A DNA stretch of 38,201 nt from Nitrospinota bacterium (GTDB lineage: Bacteria; Nitrospinota; Nitrospinia; UBA9942): NCBI GenBank assembly GCA_003489165.1, contig DNJG01000077.1:1-38201 (forward strand), read 5' to 3'. Shown here in pieces: positions 27,768 to 36,613 of the stretch. The notes beneath the pieces are model-generated. The model was not told the DNA's origin. It made no database searches and was given only the letters and a program-made list of their open reading frames with translations. The translations under genes and the position numbers were made by a program. How positions within the stretch are numbered: the stretch's first letter is position 1; the number at the start of each line of letters is the position of its first letter.

Positions 27768-28601
27768 ATGCTTACACGAAGAATAATCCCCTGTCTTGAT
27801 GTAAAGGATGGCAGGGTTGTAAAAGGGGTTAAATTTTTAAATTTAAGGGATGCAGGGGACCCTGTTGATGTTGCTGAGATTTATGACAGGGAAGGGGCAG
27901 ACGAGATTACATTTCTTGATATTACAGCCTCACATGAAAACAGAAATATTATTATTGATGTAGTTTATAGGACAGCAGAAAGGGTCTTCATGCCACTTAC
28001 AGTTGGCGGTGGCATAAGGACACTTGATGATATAAGAAATTTATTGAAGGCAGGTGCGGATAAGGTTTCAGTAAATACCGCAGCAGTTAAAGACCCTGAA
28101 TTTGTAAAGAGGGCATCTGAAAGATTTGGTAGTCAGTGCATTGTGGTGGCAATAGATGCGAAAAAAATACAGAAGACAGGAGACAGAAGACAGAAGGCAG
28201 AAAAAAAAGAAAATTTAAACTCCGAACTCCGAACTCCGAACTCCGAACTTTTAAGGTGGGAGGTTTTTACACACGGGGGTCGTAATCCTACAGGACTTGA
28301 TGCAGTGGAGTGGTCTCAAAGGATGGAAGAGTATGGTGCAGGAGAGATACTCCTTACAAGTATGGATAGAGACGGGACGAAAGAGGGATATGATATTGAA
28401 TTGACAAAAAACATATCAGAGACAGTCGGTATCCCTGTTATAGCATCAGGAGGGGCTGGCAATCTACAGCATCTTTATGAGGGATTTATGGAAGGGAAGG
28501 CAGATGCCGTCCTTGCCGCATCTATATTTCATTATCGTGAATATACAATTAAAGAGGCAAAAGAGTTTTTAAGAGGGAAAGGGGTTAATGTAAGGTTATA
28601 A
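27768..28601 (+). CDS. hisF: Imidazole glycerol phosphate synthase, cyclase subunit
   Basis: 277 aa. Motifs [33 protein letters not shown] and ASGGAG. It is longer than I recall for typical HisF (~250 aa) because of an internal double heptamer array. Confidence 0.95.
   Translation: MLTRRIIPCLDVKDGRVVKGVKFLNLRDAGDPVDVAEIYDREGADEITFLDITASHENRNIIIDVVYRTAERVFMPLTVGGGIRTLDDIRNLLKAGADKVSVNTAAVKDPEFVKRASERFGSQCIVVAIDAKKIQKTGDRRQKAEKKENLNSELRTPNSELLRWEVFTHGGRNPTGLDAVEWSQRMEEYGAGEILLTSMDRDGTKEGYDIELTKNISETVGIPVIASGGAGNLQHLYEGFMEGKADAVLAASIFHYREYTIKEAKEFLRGKGVNVRL
28170..28249 (+). repeat. In-frame double array in hisF: CAGAAGA CAGGAGA CAGAAGA CAGAAGG CAGAAAA, an A-rich spacer, then (ACTCCGA)x4 ACT
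   Basis: Arrays at 28170-28204 and 28219-28249. Encode [27 protein letters not shown] between the conserved VVAIDAK and W.VFTHGG segments. Confidence 0.92.
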
Positions 28602-29255
28602 ATGGACATAAAAAATCTAAAATACGACAGTAACGGTTTAATACCAGCAATTATTCAAGACTGGAAGAATGGTGATGTGTTGATGCATGCCTATATGAAT
28701 GAGGAGTCATTAAAGAAGACTATTGAAACTGGCTATACCCATTTCTGGAGCAGGTCAAGGGGAAAGCTCTGGAAAAAAGGGGAGACATCCGGAAATGAGC
28801 AGATTGTCAAAGAAATAAACTATGACTGTGATAATGATACATTACTTGTAAAAGCAGAGCAAAAGGGTGTTGCCTGCCATACAGGTAATAGGACATGCTT
28901 TTTCGGTAAGTTATTTGAAAGTCCGAAATCCGAAGTCCGAAGTCCGAAGTCCGAACTAATTGACAAGATATATGAGGTAATTCTGGACAGGAAAAGAAAT
29001 ATGAGAGAAGGTTCCTATGTATCTTCACTATTTAAAAAAGGCAGAGATAAGATACTTAAAAAGATAGGAGAAGAGGCATCAGAGGTAGTGATAGGTTCTA
29101 AGAATGACAAGAAAGAAGAAATTATCTACGAGATAGCAGACCTCTGGTTTCACTCCCTTGTTTTGTTGGGGTATCATGATATAACCCCTGAAGATATTTA
29201 TAAAGAATTACAAAAAAGATTCGGCAAGTCAGGAATTAGAGATGAGAAAAAATAG
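28602..29255 (+). CDS. hisI: Bifunctional phosphoribosyl-AMP cyclohydrolase / phosphoribosyl-ATP pyrophosphatase
   Basis: 217 aa. HisI part ([26 protein letters not shown]) and HisE part ([19 protein letters not shown]). A heptamer array lies in the inter-domain linker. Confidence 0.95.
   Translation: MDIKNLKYDSNGLIPAIIQDWKNGDVLMHAYMNEESLKKTIETGYTHFWSRSRGKLWKKGETSGNEQIVKEINYDCDNDTLLVKAEQKGVACHTGNRTCFFGKLFESPKSEVRSPKSELIDKIYEVILDRKRNMREGSYVSSLFKKGRDKILKKIGEEASEVVIGSKNDKKEEIIYEIADLWFHSLVLLGYHDITPEDIYKELQKRFGKSGIRDEKK
28921..28955 (+). repeat. In-frame heptamer array in hisIE (GTCCGAA ATCCGAA GTCCGAA GTCCGAA GTCCGAA)
   Basis: Read directly. Encodes [12 protein letters not shown] at the HisI/HisE domain junction. 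Confidence 0.92.
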
Positions 29256-29363
29256 CTGTTAGCAGTCCTTTCAATAGGTTGCTTATTCTTTAACCCCCTT
29301 TAATTCCTATTTATATTTTCGTAATTCATATCTATCGTTTCTCTCAGTAAAACTTCACACAAA

Positions 29364-29403
29364 TGTAACATAAGGTTAATAATCCTGTAACATAAAGGCT
29401 GTA
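29364..29403 (+). promoter_or_regulatory. Putative tandem Pho boxes (7-nt half-sites on an 11-bp period) upstream of the porin-pst operon
   Basis: TGTAACA at 29364 and again at 29386 (22 bp apart). Weaker half-sites lie on the same 11-bp register (GTTAATA at 29375, GGCTGTA at 29397). A TATATT -10-like hexamer follows at 29407-29412. Confidence 0.4.
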
Positions 29404-29445
29404 AAGTATATTATAAAAATTTATAATATAATTCAGAAGGAGGAA

Positions 29446-30636
29446 ATGAAAATGATTAAAATAAATTTAGTTGGCGGGTTATTTGCACTATTGCTTACTA
29501 TTCCATTTTCAGTAAATGCAGAAATAAAAGATCCTCTTCTCCAGAAATTAGTGGAGAAAGGGACTATTACAATGGAAGAGGCAGAAGACATTGCAGGTAA
29601 AAGTAAGGCTGAATTACCAAAAGGGCTTCAGGGAATAAGTATCGGAGGATTGGCTTACTTAGATTACTCAGCAGGAACAACAGGCCATGTTGAGACAAAC
29701 TATAACAAGTTCTCAATAACAAGGGGATATATCAATATAAAAAAGGATATAACGCCATGGTTCAAGGCAAGGGTTACTTCTGATATTACACAAATAACAA
29801 ATACATCAAATTCACAAAGAGGTGATATAGAATTAAGACTTAAATACTATTATATTGATATTCTAACTTCTGACTTTGGCATGCTTTCTGATAATGATTT
29901 AAGAATTGGGGTCAGTCAGACTCCCTGGCTCGACTTTCAGCAGAGTATAAATATTTACAGGATGCAGGGGGCAATGTTTCAGGAAAGGTTTAAGAATTTC
30001 AACTCTGCAGACATGGGCATAGGATTACTTGGTAATTTTGGCGGTAAGTTAAGCAAAGAATTGCAGGAAAATGTAGGCTATCACACCCCATATTCAGGCA
30101 GATACGGAAGTTACCATATTGGTATATACAATGGCGGAGGTTATTATGCGGCGGAGGATAATCAAAATAAGGTGGTTGAAGGAAGGATAACATTAAGACC
30201 TCTGCCGGACTTAATCCCTGGCTTACAGTTAAGCTATCTTGGTGTATCAGGAAAAGGGAATAAGTCAACAGACCCTGAATGGACGAATAATTCTGGTTTA
30301 TTAAGCTGCCAGAACAGGTATATAGTCCTTACAGGTGAATATACTCAGGCAAAGGGTCAACAGGACGGTTCTGACGAGAAGAAAAAGAGGGGATACTCTG
30401 TATTCGGCAACCTTAAGATTCCCTTATATGACAGAGTTGCCATTATGGGAAGATATGATGTGTGGGACCCTGATACAGATTCATCCAACGATACACAGAA
30501 TCTGTTAATAACCGGCTTAAGCTATAAGGTTCATGATAACAATTATCTGCTTATAGTCTATGAACAGCTGCATTATGAGAATGCCGGATACAAAGATGAT
30601 AAAAAGGGGCAGGTTGTATTTCAGGTGAGTTTTTAA
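29446..30636 (+). CDS. Outer-membrane beta-barrel porin, likely phosphate-selective (OprO/OprP-like)
   Basis: 396 aa. Signal peptide (LFALLLTIPFSVNA), alternating beta-strand pattern, and a C-terminal aromatic residue (VVFQVSF). Sits directly upstream of pstS. Strong SD AAGGAGG upstream. Confidence 0.6.
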   Translation: MKMIKINLVGGLFALLLTIPFSVNAEIKDPLLQKLVEKGTITMEEAEDIAGKSKAELPKGLQGISIGGLAYLDYSAGTTGHVETNYNKFSITRGYINIKKDITPWFKARVTSDITQITNTSNSQRGDIELRLKYYYIDILTSDFGMLSDNDLRIGVSQTPWLDFQQSINIYRMQGAMFQERFKNFNSADMGIGLLGNFGGKLSKELQENVGYHTPYSGRYGSYHIGIYNGGGYYAAEDNQNKVVEGRITLRPLPDLIPGLQLSYLGVSGKGNKSTDPEWTNNSGLLSCQNRYIVLTGEYTQAKGQQDGSDEKKKRGYSVFGNLKIPLYDRVAIMGRYDVWDPDTDSSNDTQNLLITGLSYKVHDNNYLLIVYEQLHYENAGYKDDKKGQVVFQVSF

Positions 30637-30656
30637 AATAAAGGGGGAGTAACAAT

Positions 30657-31652
30657 ATGAGAAAAATAGTTATAAGTTTATTAATTATGCTTGTATTATT
30701 ATCAGCAGTAATAGTTCATTCAGCCCAGCTTATAAAGGTAGACGGCTCTTCTACTGTCTATCCCATAACTGAGGCTGTAGCAGAGGAGTTTCAGAAGTCT
30801 GAAAAAGGGAGTACAAGGATAACAGTAGGGATATCCGGCACAGGTGGTGGTTTTAAGAAGTTCTGTAATGGGGAGACAGATGTAAGTAATGCCTCAAGGC
30901 CAATAAAGCCTACTGAGGTTGAACTTTGTAAAAAGAATGGTGTAGAATACATTGAACTTCCGGTTGCTTATGACGGCCTTGCTGTTATAATTAACCCAAA
31001 AAATAGCTGGGTTGACTATATGACTGTGAAGGAACTAAAAAAGCTCTGGGAACCTGAGGCACAGGGGAAGATTAAAAAATGGAATCAGATTCGTTCCAAC
31101 TGGCCTAACAAGGAGATACACCTCTTTGGTGCAGGAGTGGATTCAGGTACCTACGACTATTTTACTGAGGCAGTTGTGGGGAAGGAGCATTCAAGCCGTG
31201 GTGATTTCACATCCAGTGAGGATGATAATGTCCTCGTTCAGGGTATTTCCAGTGATAACTTTGCCTTAGGTTTTTTTGGCATGGCATATTATGAGCACAA
31301 TAAGGATAAGCTGAAGATTGTGCCGGTTGATGATGAGAATGATGCAAATGGGAAGGGGCCAATTATTCCTGAATATGAAAATGTAGTGAAAGGAATATAT
31401 CAGCCTCTGTCAAGGCCCCTGTTTATTTATGTTAGTAAAAAATCTGCTGACAAGCAGGAGGTAAAGAGGTTTATTGACTTCTATATGAAGGGTGCTGCCG
31501 AACTCTCCAAAGAGGTTGGCTATATTTCCTTACCCAATACAGCTTATGAGCTTGTGCTCAAGAGGTTTGAAAATCGTAAAGTCGGTTCTATATTCGGCGG
31601 CCACGGTTCTCAGGTTGGTGTAAAGATTGAAGAACTCTTGAAGAAGGAATAA
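30657..31652 (+). CDS. pstS: Phosphate ABC transporter substrate-binding protein
   Basis: 331 aa. Signal peptide, then [16 protein letters not shown] and SRP motifs of the PstS/PBP family. Confidence 0.92.
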   Translation: MRKIVISLLIMLVLLSAVIVHSAQLIKVDGSSTVYPITEAVAEEFQKSEKGSTRITVGISGTGGGFKKFCNGETDVSNASRPIKPTEVELCKKNGVEYIELPVAYDGLAVIINPKNSWVDYMTVKELKKLWEPEAQGKIKKWNQIRSNWPNKEIHLFGAGVDSGTYDYFTEAVVGKEHSSRGDFTSSEDDNVLVQGISSDNFALGFFGMAYYEHNKDKLKIVPVDDENDANGKGPIIPEYENVVKGIYQPLSRPLFIYVSKKSADKQEVKRFIDFYMKGAAELSKEVGYISLPNTAYELVLKRFENRKVGSIFGGHGSQVGVKIEELLKKE

Positions 31653-32542
31653 TGCATAGAAATCTTCAGAAAATAAAAGAGAAGGCAATTGAGAAGGCGC
31701 TCTTTTTGAGTGCCTTCTTTTCTGTTTTTATTACACTTGGCATTGTAGGTGTCCTTATATTTGAGACTTTTGAGTTTTTCAAAGAGGTATCTGTTTTTGA
31801 TTTTTTAACTGACACCCAATGGACGCCGTTGTTTGCTGAAAAGCACTTTGGCATCATGACACTCTTTGCAGGGACATTATTGACAACTGTAATTGCAATG
31901 AGCGTATCATTACCGGTTGGGCTTATAAGTGCAATATACCTGAGTGAATACGCATCAAAGAAGATAAGGATAGCTATAAAGCCTGCCCTTGAAATACTTG
32001 CAGCGGTGCCAACAGTGGTGTATGGCTATTTTGCCCTTCTCTTTGTAACCCCCCTTCTTCAAAAGGTTATTCCAGAACTTTCTGGCTTTAATTCTCTTTC
32101 ATCAGGTATTGTCATGGGGATTATGATAATTCCTATCATATCGTCTTTAAGTGAAGACGCTTTGCATTCCGTGCCAATGAGTTTACGGGAGGGTTCAATG
32201 GCACTCGGGTCAACAAAGTTCCAAACATCAATAAAGGTGATTTTGCCTGCAGCACTTTCAGGCGTTGCCGCCTCGTTTATACTTGGCATATCAAGGGCAA
32301 TCGGGGAGACAATGATTGTGGCGATTGCAGCCGGGCAGCAGCCGAGGCTCACATTAAATCCGCTTGTCCCTGTAGAAACCATTACAGCATATATAGTTCA
32401 GGTGAGCCTTGGGGATACACCCACAGGAACGCTTGAGTATAAGACTATATTTGCAGCAGGGATGAGTTTATTTGTAGTTACATTTGGCTTAAACATGATA
32501 AGTTATTTTCTCAAAAAAAGGTTTAGAGAAGTATATGAATAG
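31652..32542 (+). CDS. pstC: Phosphate ABC transporter permease PstC
   Basis: 296 aa. Multi-TM protein with the EAA-loop region ALGSTKFQT...ISRAIGETM. The start overlaps the pstS stop. Confidence 0.92.
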   Translation: MHRNLQKIKEKAIEKALFLSAFFSVFITLGIVGVLIFETFEFFKEVSVFDFLTDTQWTPLFAEKHFGIMTLFAGTLLTTVIAMSVSLPVGLISAIYLSEYASKKIRIAIKPALEILAAVPTVVYGYFALLFVTPLLQKVIPELSGFNSLSSGIVMGIMIIPIISSLSEDALHSVPMSLREGSMALGSTKFQTSIKVILPAALSGVAASFILGISRAIGETMIVAIAAGQQPRLTLNPLVPVETITAYIVQVSLGDTPTGTLEYKTIFAAGMSLFVVTFGLNMISYFLKKRFREVYE

Positions 32543-32550
32543 AAAAGAAG

Positions 32551-32615
32551 CACCAAATCCCAAACACCAAATTCCAATAATCAAGTAGTTTGGAATTTGT
32601 TATTTGAAATTTAAC
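32551..32615. repeat. Inverted pair of heptamer arrays (CACCAAA TCCCAAA CACCAAA TTCCAAT AATCAAG / TAGTTTGGAATTTGTTATTTGAAATTTAAC)
   Basis: pstC-pstA spacer. Cores CCAAA/TTTGG are complementary. Same unit family as 24441-24566. Confidence 0.82.
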
Positions 32616-32618
32616 ATT

Positions 32619-33515
32619 ATGGATACAAAACTCAGAAATAGACTATATGATAAGTCGTTTTATATTGTTGGGCTTTTTGCAACACTATTTGGTCTCATAG
32701 TTCTTTTAACACTTTTAATTGATATAACCATTGATGGTTTTTCAAGGCTCGGCTGGCAATTCCTTACAAGTTATCCATCCCGAAAGCCAGAGGCGGCAGG
32801 TGTGCTTTCTGCATGGGTCGGAACTGTATGGGTTGCAGCCATGACAGTTGTGGTTGCCTTTCCTCTCGGTGTATCAGCGGCAACATATCTTGAGGAGTAT
32901 AGCAAAAAAAACTGGCTCAGGGAGTTTATAGAGATAAATATTTCAAATCTCTCTGCTGTCCCTTCTATCATCTACGGACTTCTTGGACTCCAACTTTTTG
33001 TAAGGGGGTTGAACATGGATAGGAGTGTGATTGCAGGGGCAATGACACTGGCGATACTGGTTTTGCCGCTTATAATTATTTCAACGAGAGAGGCTATCAG
33101 GGCAATACCAACAACAATAAGAGAGGCATCATATGCCCTCGGTGCAACAAAATGGCAGACCATAAGAAATCAGATATTGCCTGCCGCAATGCCGACTATT
33201 TTAACAGGAACTATTCTTGCCATATCAAGGGCAATAGGCGAGGCATCGCCCCTTATAACAATAGGGGCTTTAACCTATGTTGCATTTTTGCCGACAAGTC
33301 CCATATCATTAGAATTTCCTTATATAAGCCTTAAAGGGCTTTTTGACCCCTTCTCAGTTCTGCCAATTCAGATATTCAACTGGGTATCAAGGCCACAAAA
33401 GGGTTTCTGGATAGACGCCGCAGCAGGTATAATGGTGCTTTTGATAATTGTATTTTTTATGAATGGTATTGCAACATATTTGAGATACAGATATGAAAAG
33501 AGGATGAGATGGTGA
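32619..33515 (+). CDS. pstA: Phosphate ABC transporter permease PstA
   Basis: EAA-loop ALGATKWQT...[11 protein letters not shown]. The ATG at 32619 is preferred to the tracked TTG at 32604, which lies within a repeat arm. Confidence 0.9.
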   Translation: MDTKLRNRLYDKSFYIVGLFATLFGLIVLLTLLIDITIDGFSRLGWQFLTSYPSRKPEAAGVLSAWVGTVWVAAMTVVVAFPLGVSAATYLEEYSKKNWLREFIEINISNLSAVPSIIYGLLGLQLFVRGLNMDRSVIAGAMTLAILVLPLIIISTREAIRAIPTTIREASYALGATKWQTIRNQILPAAMPTILTGTILAISRAIGEASPLITIGALTYVAFLPTSPISLEFPYISLKGLFDPFSVLPIQIFNWVSRPQKGFWIDAAAGIMVLLIIVFFMNGIATYLRYRYEKRMRW

Positions 33516-34273
33516 CAACGGATACTGCCTTCAGGATTGAAAGATTAAATATATTTTATGGAGAGAAAAGGGCATTAAAAGAGGTAAATTTTAATATCCC
33601 GGCAAAGGCAGTAACTGCCGTCATCGGGCCATCGGGTTGCGGAAAGAGCACATTTATAAGATGCCTGAACAGGATGAATGACCTGATACCTGTGTTCAGG
33701 CTTGAGGGGAAAATAGAATATGATGGGATGGATATATATTCAAAGGAGGTTGATGTCATAGATATCAGAAGGCAAATCGGCATGGTCTTTCAGAAACCGA
33801 ATCCATTCCCAAAAAGCATATATGAAAATGTTGCTTATGGGGTCAGGATACAGGGCTTCAATAAAAAAGAGAGCCTTGATAATGCTGTAGAAACGAGCTT
33901 AAAAAAGGCGGCTCTGTGGGATGAGGTAAAGGACAGAATCCATGAGTCAGCCTTTTCCCTTTCAGGCGGACAGCAACAGAGACTCTGCATAGCGAGGGCG
34001 CTTGCCGTAGAGCCTAAGGTAATCCTCTTTGATGAGCCTTGCTCTGCCCTCGACCCGATTGCAACGGCAAAGATAGAGGACTTGATTACCGAATTAAAAA
34101 AAGATTATACTGTGGTTATTGTAACGCACAATATGCAGCAGGCAGCAAGGGTGTCAGAATATACAGGATTTTTTATGATGGGCGAGTTGATAGAGTTTGA
34201 TAATACTCAAAAGATATTTACAGCCCCGTCAAACAAGATGACGGAAGATTATATAACTGGGAGATTTGGATGA
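33509..34273 (+). CDS. pstB: Phosphate ABC transporter ATP-binding protein
   Basis: 254 aa. Walker [10 protein letters not shown], signature LSGGQQQRL, Walker B ILFDEP, and H-loop VTHN. Confidence 0.97.
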   Translation: MVTTDTAFRIERLNIFYGEKRALKEVNFNIPAKAVTAVIGPSGCGKSTFIRCLNRMNDLIPVFRLEGKIEYDGMDIYSKEVDVIDIRRQIGMVFQKPNPFPKSIYENVAYGVRIQGFNKKESLDNAVETSLKKAALWDEVKDRIHESAFSLSGGQQQRLCIARALAVEPKVILFDEPCSALDPIATAKIEDLITELKKDYTVVIVTHNMQQAARVSEYTGFFMMGELIEFDNTQKIFTAPSNKMTEDYITGRFG

Positions 34274-34288
34274 GGAGGAGGTGATAAA

Positions 34289-34474
34289 ATGAAAACAATA
34301 AAGGAAAATGTAATAGAGATGATAGAAAACTTGCCCGATGAGGCTGATTATGATGAGATTATGTCAAAGATATATTTTAGACAAAAAGTTGATAAAAGTT
34401 TAAAACAGATTGAAGAGGGTAAGGTTATCACCCATGATGAGGCAAGTAAAAGGATAGCCCGATGGATAAAGTAG
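34289..34474 (+). CDS. Putative type II antitoxin (small acidic protein upstream of a ParE/RelE toxin)
   Basis: 61 aa. SD GGAGGAGG upstream. Overlaps the downstream toxin ORF by 13 nt. The call rests on position and size; the family was not recognised with certainty. Confidence 0.55.
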   Translation: MKTIKENVIEMIENLPDEADYDEIMSKIYFRQKVDKSLKQIEEGKVITHDEASKRIARWIK

Positions 34475-34782
34475 AAAAGATTATTTGGACTGAAGATGGT
34501 ATCGGAAGTTTTGAAGAAGTCGTCCAGTATATTTCAAAAGATTCAGTTTATTATGCCAGTAATTTTGCAAAAAAGATATGGTTGTCTATAGAGAGACTAA
34601 AAGATTTTCCATATATGGGTAGAGTTGTGCCTGAATACAGTAACCCGGATATAAGGGAACTTATTTATCAAAATTATCGGATAGTTTATACAATAAGCAG
34701 CAATGTAGTTTATATAGTGTTAGTAATACATGGAAGTCATAAACTACCTACTATATTATTGAGTAAAGAGGAGGACAAATGA
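34462..34782 (+). CDS. Type II toxin, ParE/RelE superfamily
   Basis: 106 aa. Pattern W...A..D...I..YI........A..F...I...I..L..FP..GR.VPE......RE.I...YRIVY......V.I..V.H, typical of plasmid-stabilisation ParE-like toxins. The stop overlaps the phoU ATG (ATGA). Confidence 0.7.
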   Translation: MDKVEKIIWTEDGIGSFEEVVQYISKDSVYYASNFAKKIWLSIERLKDFPYMGRVVPEYSNPDIRELIYQNYRIVYTISSNVVYIVLVIHGSHKLPTILLSKEEDK

Positions 34783-35444
34783 CAAGAGAGGCGTATCACA
34801 AGTCATTGAAGGAACTTCAGGATGAGTTGCTGGAGATGGGTGACATGGTGGCTGCTGCTATAAAAAATTCTGTTGAGTCGCTTAAAAAGAGGGATATTGA
34901 GGCATCAAAGGAGATTATTAAGAATGACCTTTTAATAAATAAAAAGAGATTTGAGATAGAGGAGAAGTGCCTTCTTCTGATAGCCACACAACAGCCTATG
35001 GCTATTGACTTGAGGACCATCGCTGCCATATTGAGTGTTATAACAGATTTGGAAAGGATGGCTGACCATGCCGAGGGTATTGCAAGGATAAATGTAATGA
35101 TAGGTAAAGAGTCTCTTGTAAAGAAACTGGTCGTTATGCCGAGAATGGCAGAAAAAGGATTGCTGATGTTAGAAAGGTGTCTCAAGGCGTTTATGGGTCG
35201 CGATGCCGATGCTGCGAGGGCTATCTGTGATGAAGATACTGAAGTTGATGTCATGTATGACCAGGTTTACAGGGAATTACTGCTTATGATGATAGAGAAT
35301 CCAAAGATTATTGAGGGGGCGACCTATCTTATCTGGGTAGCACACAACCTTGAAAGGATTGCAGACAGGGTTACAAATATAGCAGAACGTGTTGTCTTCA
35401 TGGTTACAGGAAAAATGGAAGAGATAAATGTGTCAAAGTATTAA
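34779..35444 (+). CDS. phoU: Phosphate signalling complex protein PhoU
   Basis: 221 aa. Two PhoU repeats with conserved DLERMADHAEGIA and NLERIADRVTNIAE motifs. Confidence 0.93.
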   Translation: MTREAYHKSLKELQDELLEMGDMVAAAIKNSVESLKKRDIEASKEIIKNDLLINKKRFEIEEKCLLLIATQQPMAIDLRTIAAILSVITDLERMADHAEGIARINVMIGKESLVKKLVVMPRMAEKGLLMLERCLKAFMGRDADAARAICDEDTEVDVMYDQVYRELLLMMIENPKIIEGATYLIWVAHNLERIADRVTNIAERVVFMVTGKMEEINVSKY

Positions 35445-35447
35445 GGA

Positions 35448-35825
35448 ATGAAACTCATCTTCGTCTGTGTAGAAAACTCCTGCAGAAGTCAGATAGCTGA
35501 GGGGTTTGCGAGGTATTATGGCAAGGAAATCTCAGTTTACAGTGCAGGCTCAAGATCGACAGGTATTGTTAATCCAATGGCAGTTGATATAATGAAGGAA
35601 AGAGGAATTGATATCTCAAACCAAGAATCTAAAGGATTAGATGCATTACCAAAAGATAAATTTGATATTATAGTTACAATGGGATGTGGTGATAACTGTC
35701 CGACAGTTTCTGCAAAGAAGAGGATAGAGTGGCAGATTAAAGACCCAAAAGGTGCTTCCATAGAGGTATTCAGGGAAGTCAGAGACGAGATAGAGGAGAA
35801 GGTTTTGGAGTTATTGAGGAAGTAG
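35448..35825 (+). CDS. arsC: Arsenate reductase / LMW-PTP-fold phosphatase (thioredoxin-coupled ArsC type)
   Basis: 125 aa. P-loop FVCVENSCRSQIAEG (C-X5-R-S), a downstream Cys pair (MGCGDNCP) and DP (IKDPKG). The fold assignment is confident; substrate assignment is less so. Confidence 0.65.
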   Translation: MKLIFVCVENSCRSQIAEGFARYYGKEISVYSAGSRSTGIVNPMAVDIMKERGIDISNQESKGLDALPKDKFDIIVTMGCGDNCPTVSAKKRIEWQIKDPKGASIEVFREVRDEIEEKVLELLRK

Positions 35826-36613
35826 TGTTTATTGATATTTTAAAGGCAGTTATACTTGGTATTGTAGAGGGTGTTACAGAGTTTTTACCAATATCATCTA
35901 CAGGACATTTAATATTAGCAGGCAGCATTCTTTCTTTTACTGGAGAGAGGGCAAAGGTCTTTGAGATATTCATTCAGCTTGGTGCAATACTGTCTGTTGT
36001 ATGGATATACAGGGCTAAAATTTTAAATGTCATTTCTAATATCGGGAAAAAGGAGGCAAATAGATTTATAATTAATATCCTGATTGCATTTCTTCCTGCA
36101 GCATTAATTGGCCTTAAAATACATTCCTATATAAAGGTAAATCTTTTTAATCCTTTTACTGTTTCTTTTGCATTAATTTTTGGCGGCATTGCTATATTGG
36201 TTATTGAGAGGTTTGTTAAGAATTCTGATATTTCCGGAGTGGATAACATCTCACCCCGTTCTGCACTCGGTGTAGGCTTTGCCCAGGTATTATCCCTGTT
36301 TCCCGGCGTCTCAAGGTCAGGGGCTACAATCATGGGCGGTTTGGTTGCTGGTCTTGACAGGAAGACTGCAACGGAATTCTCTTTCTTTCTTGCAATCCCT
36401 ACAATGTTTGCAGCCACAACCTATGACCTTTTAAAAAATATTAAATATCTCTCTTTATCAGACTTTCCTCTCTTCGCAACTGGCTTTATAGTGGCATTTA
36501 TAACCGCCCTCATTGTCATAAAGGCATTTCTATCATTTATTACAAGGCATGATTTTTCCGCCTTTGCATACTATCGTATTATTTTTGGTATCATTGTTTT
36601 GTTGTTATTATGA
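35825..36613 (+). CDS. uppP: Undecaprenyl-diphosphate phosphatase (BacA/UppP)
   Basis: 262 aa. Polytopic membrane protein with the motifs EFLPISSTGHL and PGVSRSGATI. The GTG start overlaps the arsC stop. Confidence 0.92.
   Translation: MFIDILKAVILGIVEGVTEFLPISSTGHLILAGSILSFTGERAKVFEIFIQLGAILSVVWIYRAKILNVISNIGKKEANRFIINILIAFLPAALIGLKIHSYIKVNLFNPFTVSFALIFGGIAILVIERFVKNSDISGVDNISPRSALGVGFAQVLSLFPGVSRSGATIMGGLVAGLDRKTATEFSFFLAIPTMFAATTYDLLKNIKYLSLSDFPLFATGFIVAFITALIVIKAFLSFITRHDFSAFAYYRIIFGIIVLLLL

Noticed and set aside
34289-34782. The TA pair as a marker of a mobile element or genomic island
   Set aside because: No integrase, transposase, flanking direct repeats or tRNA junction is present. 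The pair is wedged by overlaps between core pst and phoU genes. It is treated as a chromosomally fixed module, not a mobile element.
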